From the NCBI GenBank assembly GCA_965203905.1, contig CBDBDQ010000005.1:2496001-2560000 (forward strand): a stretch of DNA of 64,000 nucleotides, written 5' to 3'. The stretch comes from Spirochaetia bacterium. Its GTDB lineage: Bacteria > Spirochaetota > Spirochaetia > SZUA-6 > Bin103. Positions 28,965 to 44,051 of this stretch are shown here, in pieces. A program made the position numbers and the translations under genes. Each line of letters begins with the position of its first letter. The first letter of the stretch is position 1. The notes beneath the pieces were generated by a model. That model had not been told where the DNA came from and made no database searches. It worked only from the letters and a program-made list of their open reading frames with translations.

Positions 28965-30458
28965 TCATCGGTCGCGCTCCTCGTCCGGCGCCGCCACGGT
29001 GCGCGCCGTGCCCAGGGTATTCTGGGCATGTATGGTATGCAGGAAGTAGCGGAGCTTGTCGGCCAGCGAGATCACGATCAATACCGCGGTAGCAAGTTCG
29101 GCCACCTGCAGGCCGCGGGCCAGCAGCACGGCGCCGGCGCCGCCGGCTGACGGGATGACTGCCGCGGCGGCGTGGGCCAGCAGTTCCAGGGTAATCAACA
29201 CCATGGCGGCAGCCACCGAGACCTTGCCCCAGGTGGTCGGTCTGGCGACCCGAAGGCCGTGGCGTAGCACGAGCACCCCCATCGCCAGGGCGTGAAGCAC
29301 CAGACGGGCGCTGAGCAACAGGGCCAGCCAGGAAGGCAGGATACCCTTGGCGGCGAGCAGCAGCGCCAGGGCAAGCAGCACCAGATAGTCGCTCGCGGAG
29401 TCCAGGTAGCCGCCGATTGGAGTTACCTGCCGCCACCTGCGGGCCAGGGCACCGTCGAACAGGTCGGTCAGGAACACTCCGGCGGCTACCGCTACCAGGA
29501 TCGGTACCGTGCCCGGCCGCGGCCCCACGCCCAGCAGCAGGGTCAGCGTGGGAATCGAGCTGAGCCGTACCAGCGTCAGCGTGTTGGGCAGCGTGAGGCG
29601 GGCAGCCCGCCCGCGGCCGGCGGGATCGACCGGCGCGAACTCCCGATGGCGCCAGAACAGGAGCCCGCCGATCGCGACGTGAAACAGCACCGTGCCGACC
29701 AGGAACGGTGCCCAGGGTGCGCCGTCGGGGGCCAGCACGCGGAACAGCAGCAACTGCAGCAGGGTGAGGCCCAGCAGCGCGCCACAGAGCTGCTGGGGCA
29801 ATCCCCGTTGCGGCTGCGGCCAGGAGAGAAACAGCGGCCTCAGATACCAATAGAGGGACGCCAGCGACACCGCCACCAACACCGCCACGGTGCTCGCGGC
29901 AATGGAACGCACGGTTCCCGTCGAGAGTCCCAGGTGTGGCGCCAGCGCCAGCAGGGCCAGGAGCCCGATCACACCCGCGTACTGCAGCACCGTCTTGATC
30001 TTGCCCGGACGGCGGGCGCCATGGTCCAGGCCCAGGCGCAGGGCCGCGGGGCGGAACATCAGATACATCACCCCTTCCCGTGCCAGAAACAGTGCGTAGA
30101 CCCAGGCCGGCACCAGCGCGGCGCGCAGCAACCCGCCGTACACGCACAGAAACAGGAAGAAATCGGTGAAGGCATCGATCCAGCGCCCGAACCAGTCAGT
30201 GGAGGAGGTCGCCGTATCGGCGCCGGCGCGGCGCGCCATCACTCCGTCGAGGTAGTCGGTCAGCGCCGCCGCCAGCACCAGAACCAGCGCAGCGGCGGCG
30301 CCGGCGGGTGGTGGGGCGAGCCCCGCGTCACGCGCCCCGGACAGCGCCAGGTAGGCCGCCACCCCGATGCAGATACGCGACAGGGAAAGGGCGTTTGCCG
30401 CCAGGCGCAGCAACGATCGACGTTGGTTCGGAAGGTGCGGTGTCGAATTGCTGGACAT
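28965..30458 (-). CDS. Tandem (two-domain) CDP-alcohol phosphatidyltransferase
   Basis: Two signatures, [11 protein letters not shown]...[10 protein letters not shown] and [11 protein letters not shown]...[10 protein letters not shown], each preceded by N.L(S/T)L.R. Confidence 0.88.
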   Translation of the reverse strand: MSSNSTPHLPNQRRSLLRLAANALSLSRICIGVAAYLALSGARDAGLAPPPAGAAAALVLVLAAALTDYLDGVMARRAGADTATSSTDWFGRWIDAFTDFFLFLCVYGGLLRAALVPAWVYALFLAREGVMYLMFRPAALRLGLDHGARRPGKIKTVLQYAGVIGLLALLALAPHLGLSTGTVRSIAASTVAVLVAVSLASLYWYLRPLFLSWPQPQRGLPQQLCGALLGLTLLQLLLFRVLAPDGAPWAPFLVGTVLFHVAIGGLLFWRHREFAPVDPAGRGRAARLTLPNTLTLVRLSSIPTLTLLLGVGPRPGTVPILVAVAAGVFLTDLFDGALARRWRQVTPIGGYLDSASDYLVLLALALLLAAKGILPSWLALLLSARLVLHALAMGVLVLRHGLRVARPTTWGKVSVAAAMVLITLELLAHAAAAVIPSAGGAGAVLLARGLQVAELATAVLIVISLADKLRYFLHTIHAQNTLGTARTVAAPDEERDR

Positions 30459-30615
30459 TGCTGGTGCGTGCCGAGCGGGCCCATCGGAACGTCGCGCGGC
30501 GCCAGGATACCCTGAACGATGCGTCCAAGCCCACCTCAGGAGCGCGGCACCGACGGGCCGGCGACGGTGGTGCCGTTGCCGACGAACCGCCACGGGAGCC
30601 TGGCCATGGCCCGTC

Positions 30616-30675
30616 AAAAAAATTGTCCGATGCGGTTGACCGACCGAATCGGGGTGGCTTACATTAGCTCCCGCT
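30616..30675 (+). promoter_or_regulatory. rRNA operon promoter
   Basis: A-tract UP-like element, TTGACC(30636)-18-TACATT(30660), GC-rich discriminator. Confidence 0.65.
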
Positions 30676-30803
30676 GGTTTGGGGCACACCTCCAAACCCG
30701 GGCGACGCGCGGGTTCGAGGCCTATGCCTGCGGGCTGGGCCGGAAACGCGTGCTTCATCCGTAGCGCGGGCGACGTGGAGCCTCTGCTGGCCGTGCTGTC
30801 CGC

Positions 30804-30815
30804 TGATCTTTGGCA
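30804..30815 (+). promoter_or_regulatory. boxA-like antitermination site (second copy at ~32990-33000)
   Basis: TGATCTTTGGCA in the leader and GGTCTTTGACA in the spacer resemble TGCTCTTTAACA. Confidence 0.55.
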
Positions 30816-31054
30816 ACGTACGACCGTAGACGTCTCCGGCAGACTCGGTTGCGAACCGTATCTGGCGGTGTCTACAGGTCGTTGTGAGAGAAGGGAGAGC
30901 CTAAAGTTGTGATCGGGTACCGGCGGCGCGGTACGATGCTGCGAGTCATCGCATGATGACCCGCCTCATCGGATCCGTGTACGTCGGCCTTGTCAAATTT
31001 GTCAAGGATACACTTCAGATGATTGAGCGTTGCTCTTCGGAGTGACGCTTACCA

Positions 31055-32599
<1,545 letters not shown>

Positions 32600-32800
32600 T
32601 AAAGAGAACCGCAGCATCCTTAGGGATGTCTGCACAACGACTATTCGCGCCGGCCTCCTTTGGGAAGCCGGTACGGTACCGAGTGTTACTCGGAACCCCG
32701 CTCGCGACTTGGCTCTCTCCTCTCTCTTTTGCTGATACGGCGTGACGCTGACCGGATGTCACCCGTGGGTAACCAAGAGGGCCCCTTGCGAGATTCGCAC

Positions 32801-32874
32801 GGGGGTATAGCTCAGATGGCTAGAGCGATGGCTTTGCAAGCCATAGGTCTGGGGTTCGAATCCCCATACCTCCA
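32801..32874 (+). tRNA. tRNA-Ala (TGC)
   Basis: GGGGGTATAGCTCAG...TTTGCAA...GGTTCGAATCC; G3:U70 pair; lies in the 16S-23S spacer. Confidence 0.97.
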
Positions 32875-33173
32875 TTACATAAAATAGGGGCGCATTACAT
32901 AAGCTACAAGAACGCGGTGCGATGACGCCGTGGGTAATGACACCCTTGTGGCAGTCACGCGGTAGTACTGCGGGTCTGCCCACTGACCGGGTCTTTGACA
33001 GCTTCGGACCTGCGACACTGTCTCCCTGGGGCAAGCTATAATTTGCTCGGGAGGCGTCCTGGTTCGGAAAGAGAAGGGAACAAAGAAAGTTGACGACGTC
33101 ACGGAGTCCTAGCAGGGACTCCTGACGTTGGAGATACCGAGTTTAATCGAGCGTGAAGAAGTTGGAGTAATAT

Positions 33174-36210
<3,037 letters not shown>

Positions 36211-36304
36211 TATTACCCCCCACTCTCGGCGTGTCGCTGAGAGTGGTACGAAAGTGTGCAAGGTGTTTGTCGCTTTCTTTGTTCCCTGTCTTTTGAAAAT
36301 GATG

Positions 36305-36420
<116 letters not shown>

Positions 36421-36478
36421 ATTTTTTTGTCCTCAGCAGGCGTCGACAGCCAACGCGCGTCCGTCCTATGGTGCCGCC

Positions 36479-37177
36479 ATGGGACCCCCGGGGACGGCGG
36501 CGGGCGGGGCGAGGCGGTGGCTGCCGCTGGTCACCGGGCTGTTCGTCACCGTACTGATCATTTCGAACATCATCGCGGTAAAGCTGGTAACGATCGGGCC
36601 GCTGGTGGTGACGGCCGCAATCGTCCTGTTTCCCGTGTCCTACATCCTCGCCGACGTGCTCACCGAGGTGTACGGCTATGGCGTGGCGCGGCGCACCATC
36701 TGGATCGGCTTCTCTTGCAACCTCGTGGCCGTGGTGGCGATAGTGGTCGGCGGACTGATCCCGCCGGCCGCGTTCTGGGAAGGTCAGGATGCGTACGATG
36801 CGATTCTGGGGTATTCGTCACGCCTGCTTGCGGCGTCATTCCTGGCCTACCTTGGCGGCGAGTTTCTCAACGCCTTCGTGCTCGCCAAGCTCAAGCTGCG
36901 CACCGGCGGGCGTCACCTGTGGCTGCGCACCATCGGCTCCACGCTGGTGGGGCAGGCACTGGACTCCGCGGTGTTCGTGGTCGTAGCGTTCGCCGGCGTG
37001 CTGCCGACGGAAGCCCTGCTCGCCGCGGCCGTGTCGCAGTGGGCCGCCAAGTCGCTGTACGAAGCCCTGGCGACGCCGCTGACCTATCTCGTGGTCGGCT
37101 TTCTGAAGCGCAGCGAAGGCGTCGATCACTACGATCGCCAGACGCGGTTCAATCCTCTGGCGTTGCGCGGAGGCTGA
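36479..37177 (+). CDS. yhhQ: Queuosine precursor transporter (YhhQ/VUT family)
   Basis: ISNIIAVK, FPVSYILADVLTEVYG, ASFLAYL, WLRTIGSTLVGQALDS. Confidence 0.92.
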   Translation: MGPPGTAAGGARRWLPLVTGLFVTVLIISNIIAVKLVTIGPLVVTAAIVLFPVSYILADVLTEVYGYGVARRTIWIGFSCNLVAVVAIVVGGLIPPAAFWEGQDAYDAILGYSSRLLAASFLAYLGGEFLNAFVLAKLKLRTGGRHLWLRTIGSTLVGQALDSAVFVVVAFAGVLPTEALLAAAVSQWAAKSLYEALATPLTYLVVGFLKRSEGVDHYDRQTRFNPLALRGG

Positions 37178-37244
37178 TCAGCGCCGCAACTCGCGGCTCG
37201 TGCCGGCGCTGTGCGCCCAGCCTTGAACCCGACCAGCTCCTGGC

Positions 37245-38663
37245 CTAGCGCGGCCGGTAACGGGTGAGTTGAGCCCGAGCGCGAATCAGGGCGCGGCCAG
37301 CCTCGATCGAGCTCACGTCTCCGGCGGCGACCGACTGCAGCAGCAGGTTGCCGAGGGCGGTGGCCTCTACCGGCCCGGCGTGCACGGCACAGCCGCTGGC
37401 GTCGGCCGTGAGCTGACACAGCAGGCCGTTCTGGCACCCGCCGCCGATGATGTGGATGTGCCGGTAGTGGGCAGCGGTGATCTCCTCCAGCTGCCGCACG
37501 GTATCGGCATAGGTGCGGGCCAGACTCTCGAGCACGCCACGTACGACCGCGCCGGGAGAATCGGGAACCGGCTGATCGGTCTCCCGGCACCAGTTGGCGA
37601 TGCGGTCGGCCATGCCGTCGTCGATCAGTCCCGGCTTGAAGAAGCGCTCGGCGGTCGGGTCGATGGAGAAAGCTGCCGGTCCCGCCGCCTCCGCCATCCC
37701 CGTGAGCTCCGCGTAATCGAAGGTATGGCCTTCAGCGGCCCACTGCCGCCGGCACTCCTGCACGATCCACAGGCCCATGATGTTCTTGAGGAAGCGGGTG
37801 CCGCCGTCGGCTCCGCCCTCGTTGGTGAAGTTGTGGGTAAAGCTCGCGTCGGTCATGATCGGCCGTGGCGACTCGATGCCCAGCAACGACCAGGTGCCGG
37901 AGCTGATGTAGACCGACTCCTCCGGCGCAGCCATCGGCGCCGCTACCACCGCGCTGGCCGTGTCGTGGCACGGCGGCAGCACCACGCGGAGCGCGGCGCC
38001 GCCGAGCTCCGCCGCCACTCCGGGCAGCAACCCGCCGATCTCCGTGCCGGGCATCAACGGCTCGCTGAACAGGGTGGACGGCAGTCCGACCGTGTCCAGC
38101 ACGCGCGGAGACCAGGTTCCGGCGCGCGGATTGCGGAGCTGGGTGGTGCTGGCATTGGTGAACTCGTTGACCAAGGTGCCGGTCAGCCAGAAGTGAAGCA
38201 GGTCCGGGAGGGTGAGCAACCGCCGCGCGCAGTCCAGCAGCTGCGGCTGCCGTTGGCGCTGGGCGTAAAGCTGGTACAGGGTATTGAACGGCATGGTCTG
38301 AATGCCGGTCTCCTCGTACAGGGCGCGTCGCTCGATCAGGCCGTCCATCGCTTCGGGAGCGCGGTCGGTGCGCGGGTCGCGGTAGTGATAGGGCAGGCCC
38401 AGCAGTGCCCCCGAGCCATCCAGAAGTCCGTAGTCGACCCCCCAGGTGTCGATGCCGACGCTCACCGGGGAGTACTGCAGGCCGGCGCGGATCCCTGCCT
38501 TGATCTGCTGGTACAGCTCCAACACGTTCCAGTGCAGGCTGTCGCCGATGCGCACCGGTACGTTCTCGAACCGGTGCACCACCTCGAAGCGGTCCAGGTT
38601 GCCGGCGAGGACGCGTCCGCTCTCCGCCCCCAGGTCCACCGCCAGGAAGCTGCGCGGCTCCAT
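37245..38663 (-). CDS. rhaB: Rhamnulokinase/fuculokinase (FGGY family)
   Basis: AVDLGAESGR, GIDTWGVDYG, HYRDPRT, CHDTASAV, YISSGTWSL, NIMGLW, AGPVEATALGN. Confidence 0.9.
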   Translation of the reverse strand: MEPRSFLAVDLGAESGRVLAGNLDRFEVVHRFENVPVRIGDSLHWNVLELYQQIKAGIRAGLQYSPVSVGIDTWGVDYGLLDGSGALLGLPYHYRDPRTDRAPEAMDGLIERRALYEETGIQTMPFNTLYQLYAQRQRQPQLLDCARRLLTLPDLLHFWLTGTLVNEFTNASTTQLRNPRAGTWSPRVLDTVGLPSTLFSEPLMPGTEIGGLLPGVAAELGGAALRVVLPPCHDTASAVVAAPMAAPEESVYISSGTWSLLGIESPRPIMTDASFTHNFTNEGGADGGTRFLKNIMGLWIVQECRRQWAAEGHTFDYAELTGMAEAAGPAAFSIDPTAERFFKPGLIDDGMADRIANWCRETDQPVPDSPGAVVRGVLESLARTYADTVRQLEEITAAHYRHIHIIGGGCQNGLLCQLTADASGCAVHAGPVEATALGNLLLQSVAAGDVSSIEAGRALIRARAQLTRYRPR

Positions 38664-38664
38664 C

Positions 38665-40002
38665 TCAGCCATCGGTCCAGCGGCCGCGCCGTGCGGCATC
38701 GCGGATACGGCCCATGGCCGCCGTCTCTCCCATATCCGCCAACCTCCGGGCCGTGGTGGGTCCCGGGGGCGCGAGCCGCCCGACCGCCGCGAAGAATCCG
38801 TTGCGCTGCTCGCGCCGTGGAAACTCGGCTTCCGCCGCGCTGCTGCAGTAGGAGAATCCGGCGAAGCGCGCCAGCGTCGTGTGCCCGACCATCACCTCCG
38901 CGCCAGCCACGAAGGCGTCCCGGTAGGGCGCCAGCTCCGGGCTGTGCAAGTCGTCCCAATCGGGCAGGCCGTCGGCGTTCATCTCGGTTCCCACGTTGAC
39001 CGGAAGCGCCCGCCGCACCAGCTCCGCCATCAGCTGCTGCAGATGGGCGGGATCGGTTACCAGCTCGGGCACCACGTTAACGGCCGCCACCCCGCGTGCC
39101 TGCAGCGCTTCGAGCCAGGCCGCGGGGTCGAGTTCGCCGGCGCTGGTGCCGTCGCGCCAGGCCGCCATGGGTATGGCTCCCGCGTCCCGCACCCAGCGAA
39201 AAAAGGCGCCGATTTCGGGGAATGAAGCGGGTCCGGGCTGCTGATACGCAACCCCGCCATGCTTGATGAGGCGCCGCCGGACCTGCTCTTCCAGGCGCCC
39301 GCGGGAGAGGGCGGCGACTGCCTCTCCCGGTTGCTGCAACAGGTTCCCCCAGAACGCGGCCCGGGCGTTGCTCTCGGGAAACGCCTGGCGGGCGCGGTTG
39401 ACGTAGGCCCGCACGATGTGGCGCTCGGTCGGACTGCGGCGCGGCGTCAGGGCGGCCACCTCCGAGTCGTAGCAAACGGCAATCTGCGGCAGGTAGGCGT
39501 TGATTCGTTCCACCACCGCCGCGTTGCGCCCGGCGGCACGCCGGCGGAGCTCGTCGGCCATCGTAAAGCTACCGCTTCCCGGTGCCGGAGTGCGGCAGAA
39601 TCCCGCGCCCATCACGTAGCAGATGCCGGGCTCGCCCGGAGAGTTGGTCTCCACCTCGGCAAACTCGGGCGCGTAGACGCGGGTTTCGATGTGGGAGGCG
39701 CCGCGCAGGCCGAGCACGGCGGCGGCTTCCAGGAACTCGTCGGCCGCGTCGAGCACGTCAAAGTCGCAGGTAGCGGCGGTATACAGGCCCCACTCGCGGG
39801 CCTGGACGGCGATGTGGCTGGGCGAGAAGCCGGCCGCGTTGAACGAGAAGAAGGTATGCAGGTGCATGTTCACCGGCGCGTCAGCGCGGGGGTCCACCGG
39901 CGGCGGCGCGGTGGCGGCGTGCCGCAGCAGGGCGGCGTGGCGTTCCGCGCGGTCGAACGAGTCCAGGGGATGGGTGGAAACGGTCGTTACTTGGAGACTC
40001 AC
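38665..40002 (-). CDS. PHP-domain metallo-dependent hydrolase
   Basis: VNMHLHTFFS, ATCDFDVLDA, HIETRV, TERHIVRA, GTEMN. Confidence 0.8.
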   Translation of the reverse strand: MSLQVTTVSTHPLDSFDRAERHAALLRHAATAPPPVDPRADAPVNMHLHTFFSFNAAGFSPSHIAVQAREWGLYTAATCDFDVLDAADEFLEAAAVLGLRGASHIETRVYAPEFAEVETNSPGEPGICYVMGAGFCRTPAPGSGSFTMADELRRRAAGRNAAVVERINAYLPQIAVCYDSEVAALTPRRSPTERHIVRAYVNRARQAFPESNARAAFWGNLLQQPGEAVAALSRGRLEEQVRRRLIKHGGVAYQQPGPASFPEIGAFFRWVRDAGAIPMAAWRDGTSAGELDPAAWLEALQARGVAAVNVVPELVTDPAHLQQLMAELVRRALPVNVGTEMNADGLPDWDDLHSPELAPYRDAFVAGAEVMVGHTTLARFAGFSYCSSAAEAEFPRREQRNGFFAAVGRLAPPGPTTARRLADMGETAAMGRIRDAARRGRWTDG

Positions 40003-40169
40003 GCCGCCGAGTATACGGGCAAGCTTCGAGCAGGTCAGCGCGCACGGCTGCGGTGGGCGCCCCCGCCGCGGCGCTCACCTGCCGGGCCAGCCGGCAAGCC
40101 GGACGAGCCGGACGGCTGCCCGCCCGTTGCGCTTCCCGCTGGCGCCGCGTATCATGCGCGGCAGGCGGC

Positions 40170-40961
40170 ATGAAGGGGCCGCCCGTACAGTTGGCACTTC
40201 CGCAAGCGGCGACGTTTTCCGAAGGCGACCTCAAGTACATCATGGACTCGCTGGCTCCCACCGCCGGCGAGCGACCCACGTTGGCGCGTGCCGTGCGCGA
40301 GGACCGCGAGATACGGGAAGCCGTACTGGCCGACGACCGCGTGTTTCACGCCGTTACCGACACGGAGGAGGCGTTCATCCACGTCTCCAGCTACCTGTTC
40401 TTCACCGTTCTGTTACTGCGGGCGCGGCGCGACTTGCAGGATCAGGGATACACCGTGGAACGCGAGGGCGACTTCACGATGCCGGTGTTCGACAGCGAGG
40501 CGGTGTACGCGTTCCTGCAGCCGGCGGAGATTCGCGACTATCTCGTCGGCGTGCTGGCAGGGTTCGTGAAGACCGAGCAGCGCTCGGTAATGCTGCGCCG
40601 TCGCGACGGCAAGCTGCGCCGCATGCGGGTGAACGGTCTGGACCTGCGGAGCCTGATACGTTACTGCCGAACGATCCAGGAGGAGCACCGCTTCCACCTG
40701 TACCGCCATATCGCGGATCTGTGCCTGTTCGCTTCCGGGGTGTTCGCCGCGGAGCGTATTCTCGGTTACAGTCCGGAGACCTGGATGGAGCAGGGCACCA
40801 CGTTCTACGCGCTGGCGGCGGACCATCGCCAAGCCGAGTACCATGAGCTGAGCGATACCCTGAGGGCGTTCTCCGAGAACTTCACCCTGGCGGTCAAGCC
40901 GCTGAAGCTGATCACCGAGCGCTATCTCAGCTCATTGAAAGAAGACATGTTCGGAGCCTGA
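40170..40961 (+). CDS. Hypothetical protein (helical)
   Basis: SSYLFFTVLLLRARRDL, YRHIADLCLFASGVF; strong codon bias; TATCAT upstream. Confidence 0.8.
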   Translation: MKGPPVQLALPQAATFSEGDLKYIMDSLAPTAGERPTLARAVREDREIREAVLADDRVFHAVTDTEEAFIHVSSYLFFTVLLLRARRDLQDQGYTVEREGDFTMPVFDSEAVYAFLQPAEIRDYLVGVLAGFVKTEQRSVMLRRRDGKLRRMRVNGLDLRSLIRYCRTIQEEHRFHLYRHIADLCLFASGVFAAERILGYSPETWMEQGTTFYALAADHRQAEYHELSDTLRAFSENFTLAVKPLKLITERYLSSLKEDMFGA

Positions 40962-40973
40962 CGCGCTTCACCC

Positions 40974-42077
40974 ATGCTGCTGCTCGTATTGCTCCTGGTC
41001 GGCACTCTCGGGTTTTCCTTCCTCTGTTCCATCCTGGAAGCGGTGATCCTGAGCGTGACTCCGAGTTACGTGGTCGCGATCACCAAGCGCCGACCTCGCA
41101 CCGGGCGACTGCTGGCTCGCTTCAAGCGTGACGCGGAACGTCCCCTGGCCGCCATTCTGGCGCTGAACACCATCGCCAACACCGCGGGAGCCACCGGCGT
41201 GGGGGCGCAGGCGCTGGTGCTGTTCGGCAGCACTTCGGTGGGGATCGTCTCCGCGCTGCTGACCCTGCTGGTACTGTTCCTCTCCGAGATCATTCCCAAG
41301 ACCATCGGCGCCACCCACTGGCGCGCACTCGCGCCGCCGGCCACACGCATCACGCAATGGCTCATCCACGGGATGTTCCCGTTCGTGTGGGCGGGCGGCA
41401 TGTTGCGCCGCGTCCTGCAGCGGGGGCAGCGACCGGCACGCCTCAGCGAGGACGAACTGCACGCGATCGCCGATCTGGGGCAGCAGGAAGGCGTGGTACA
41501 GGACAGTGAGTCGCGGGTGCTGCGCAACGTGATCCGCTTCGGTTCGCTGCGGGTCCGGGAGATCATGACTCCGCGCACGGTGGTGGTGGCGTTTGGCGAG
41601 CAGACCACGGTACAGGAAGTCCTCGGCGAGCGCGTGGGGCTGCGCTTTTCCCGGATTCCCTCCCGTATTCCCATCTATGCCGACAACATCGACGCGGTCA
41701 CCGGCTACGTGCTCAAGAGCGACCTCCTGTTGAGCGTGGCGCAGGGTCTCGGCGACCGGCGCCTTGCCGAGCTGAAGCGCGAGATCAGCCTGGTGCCGGA
41801 TACCCAACCCCTGCGCGACCTGTTCACCCGCTTCCTGGATCGGCGCGAGCACATCGCCGTGCTGGTCGACCAGTACGGCGGCATGGCCGGCATCGTCACC
41901 ATGGAAGACGTGGTGGAGTCGCTGCTGGGCAGCGAGATCGTGGACGAGTCTGACGTCGAGATCGACATGCAGAAGCTGGCCCGCCGCCGCTGGGAGCGGC
42001 GGGCGCGGGAGATGGGCATGACCGACGTCACGGAGCCGGCAGAGGCCGACCAGCCGCGGGAGACCGGCGAAGCCTGA
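40974..42077 (+). CDS. CNNM/hemolysin-family membrane protein with CBS pair
   Basis: SFLCSILEAVILS, AILALNTIANTAGA, SEIIPKTIGA, IMTPRT, VDQYGG..GIVTMEDVVE. Confidence 0.93.
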   Translation: MLLLVLLLVGTLGFSFLCSILEAVILSVTPSYVVAITKRRPRTGRLLARFKRDAERPLAAILALNTIANTAGATGVGAQALVLFGSTSVGIVSALLTLLVLFLSEIIPKTIGATHWRALAPPATRITQWLIHGMFPFVWAGGMLRRVLQRGQRPARLSEDELHAIADLGQQEGVVQDSESRVLRNVIRFGSLRVREIMTPRTVVVAFGEQTTVQEVLGERVGLRFSRIPSRIPIYADNIDAVTGYVLKSDLLLSVAQGLGDRRLAELKREISLVPDTQPLRDLFTRFLDRREHIAVLVDQYGGMAGIVTMEDVVESLLGSEIVDESDVEIDMQKLARRRWERRAREMGMTDVTEPAEADQPRETGEA

Positions 42078-42095
42078 CCCTGGTGGTGCCGTGCG

Positions 42096-43910
42096 TCAGC
42101 GTGAGCCGTACAACGGCCCGAAGTTGGCGCAGGCGCGGTAGTCCGCCCCGTAGTCGGCGCTCGGGCCGAACAGGCTCCATGCCTTGGGGCGGAATACGCG
42201 CTCGGCCGCGACGTTGTGCATGCACACCGGGATGCGCAGGATCGATGCCAGCGTCAGCAGCTCGTCGCCCACGTGGCCGTAGGTGATCACACAGTGGTTG
42301 GCTCCCCAGTTGTCCATCACCGAATAGGTGTCCGTGAACGGCCCCGCTCCGGTGAGAACCGGGGTAAACCAGGTGGTGGGCCAGGTGGGATTGGTGCGCT
42401 CGATCAGTGGCTGGCCGATCTCCGGCGGCAGGGACACGGTGTAGCCCTCGGCGAGCTGCAGTGCCGGTCCCAGTCCCGCGACCAGGTTGATGCGGGAGAT
42501 GGTGACCGGCATGCCGCCGGCGGTCTCGAACTCGGTGGAGTAGCCGCCGCCGCGGAAGTATTCCAGCACCGCGGGACAGAACCGGGTGGCGGCCAGGCAC
42601 GCCTCCGCCTCGGCGGCGGATATTTCCCAGTAGGGCTTCATCGCGGGCTCGTCGCCACGGAGCTGACGGCCGGTACCGTCGAGTGCGGCGGAGCCGGAGT
42701 TGATCAGGTGCAGCACGCCCTGCGCCGCCCTTCCGGCGGGCCGCTGGCCGGTGACGCGTTCGATGGCGGCCGGACTCCAGTAGGTGCGTACGTCCGCGAA
42801 GACCTGGGCGCTGCCGGTGAGCAGGTGCCCGAACAACATGGTTATGCCGTTCAGGTAGTCGTTCTCGGTGGCCATCATGTAGGGCTGGCGGATGCCGCTC
42901 CAGTCGAACGAGGTATTGAGCAGCGTCTCGAGCAGATCGCCGTTGGGGAGGTGGTCGGTCCACTGGCGTTGCCCCTGGAAACCGGCGGCCAGGGCGTTGT
43001 GCCCCAGCGCTTCCTCACCGAATCCGGCCTCGGCGAGCCGCGGGTTGCCCACCATCAGGTCACGGCCGATGAGCGCCATCTTCAGGCAGTAGTCCCAGTC
43101 GGCGGAATGGCGCGCCTCCGACAGCCGCTGCTCCGCGGGGTTGGGGTCGGCGCCGCGCCGGCAGTATTGTGCCGCCCACTCCTGCGCCCGCGCCAGCTCC
43201 GCGGTGTCGTAGATGCCCTCTTCGATGCGCCGCACGAACTCGGTCATGTCCACCATCTCGTAGCGCATGCCGAGGTAGCGCTCGAGGAATCCCGGATCCA
43301 CGATCGAGCCGCCGATTCCCATCGACACCCCGCCCATCGCCAGATAGGAGGTGCCGTTCATGGTGGCGGCCGCCACGCCGGCACGTACGAAGGCGAGTAT
43401 CTTGGCGCCCACGTCATCGGGGATGCTGCTGTCGTCGGCGTCCTGCACGTCGCGGCCGTAGATCCCGAACGCGGGCACCCCCTTCTGAGCGTGTGCCGCC
43501 AGTACCGCGGCCAGGTACACCGCGCCGGGCCGCTCGGTCCCATTGAAGCCCCATACCGCCTTCGGCAGCAGCGGATCCATGTCCATGGTCTCGGCGCCGT
43601 AGCACCAGCAGGGCGTGACCGTCAGCGAGACGCCCACGCCGGCGCGCCGAAACTGCTCCGCGCAGGCAGCCGCCTCGGCGGCCCCGCCGATGCAGGTATC
43701 GGCCACGACGCACTCGACGGGAAGCCCGCAGGAGTGGCGCACGTGGTCGCCGATCAACGCCGCGACCCGCCGCGCCTGTCCCATGGTTACCTCTTCCAGG
43801 GACTCACGTACGCCCTTGCGCCGCCCGTCGATGGCGGGACGGATTCCGACCCGGGGCAACGGGGTGGTCAGTCGGTGGGTGGGTTCGGCGATGCGCCAAT
43901 CGAATGCCAT
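42096..43910 (-). CDS. fucI: L-fucose isomerase
   Basis: [55 protein letters not shown]. Confidence 0.97.
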   Translation of the reverse strand: MAFDWRIAEPTHRLTTPLPRVGIRPAIDGRRKGVRESLEEVTMGQARRVAALIGDHVRHSCGLPVECVVADTCIGGAAEAAACAEQFRRAGVGVSLTVTPCWCYGAETMDMDPLLPKAVWGFNGTERPGAVYLAAVLAAHAQKGVPAFGIYGRDVQDADDSSIPDDVGAKILAFVRAGVAAATMNGTSYLAMGGVSMGIGGSIVDPGFLERYLGMRYEMVDMTEFVRRIEEGIYDTAELARAQEWAAQYCRRGADPNPAEQRLSEARHSADWDYCLKMALIGRDLMVGNPRLAEAGFGEEALGHNALAAGFQGQRQWTDHLPNGDLLETLLNTSFDWSGIRQPYMMATENDYLNGITMLFGHLLTGSAQVFADVRTYWSPAAIERVTGQRPAGRAAQGVLHLINSGSAALDGTGRQLRGDEPAMKPYWEISAAEAEACLAATRFCPAVLEYFRGGGYSTEFETAGGMPVTISRINLVAGLGPALQLAEGYTVSLPPEIGQPLIERTNPTWPTTWFTPVLTGAGPFTDTYSVMDNWGANHCVITYGHVGDELLTLASILRIPVCMHNVAAERVFRPKAWSLFGPSADYGADYRACANFGPLYGSR

Positions 43911-43995
43911 ACGAGTGTTCTCCTATCTTCTGGCCATTAGGTGAGTCTTTAGTCTAATGGTGCGACGGGAGTTGGCAAGTAGCCTGCGTCCCCGT

Positions 43996-44043
43996 GCTTT
44001 GAACTGCAAAGTGCTTGACTCTGTATTGGTCGAACGCTATCCT
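43996..44043 (+). promoter_or_regulatory. Palindromic operator plus sigma70 promoter
   Basis: CTTTG-AACTG-CAAAG dyad (43997-44011) abutting TTGACT(44015)-17-TATCCT(44038). Confidence 0.65.
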
Positions 44044-44051
44044 TGCGCCAG

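Noticed and set aside
36421-36478. preQ1 riboswitch ahead of yhhQ
   Set aside because: The gap is 58 bp and holds a promoter right before the ATG; no aptamer consensus.
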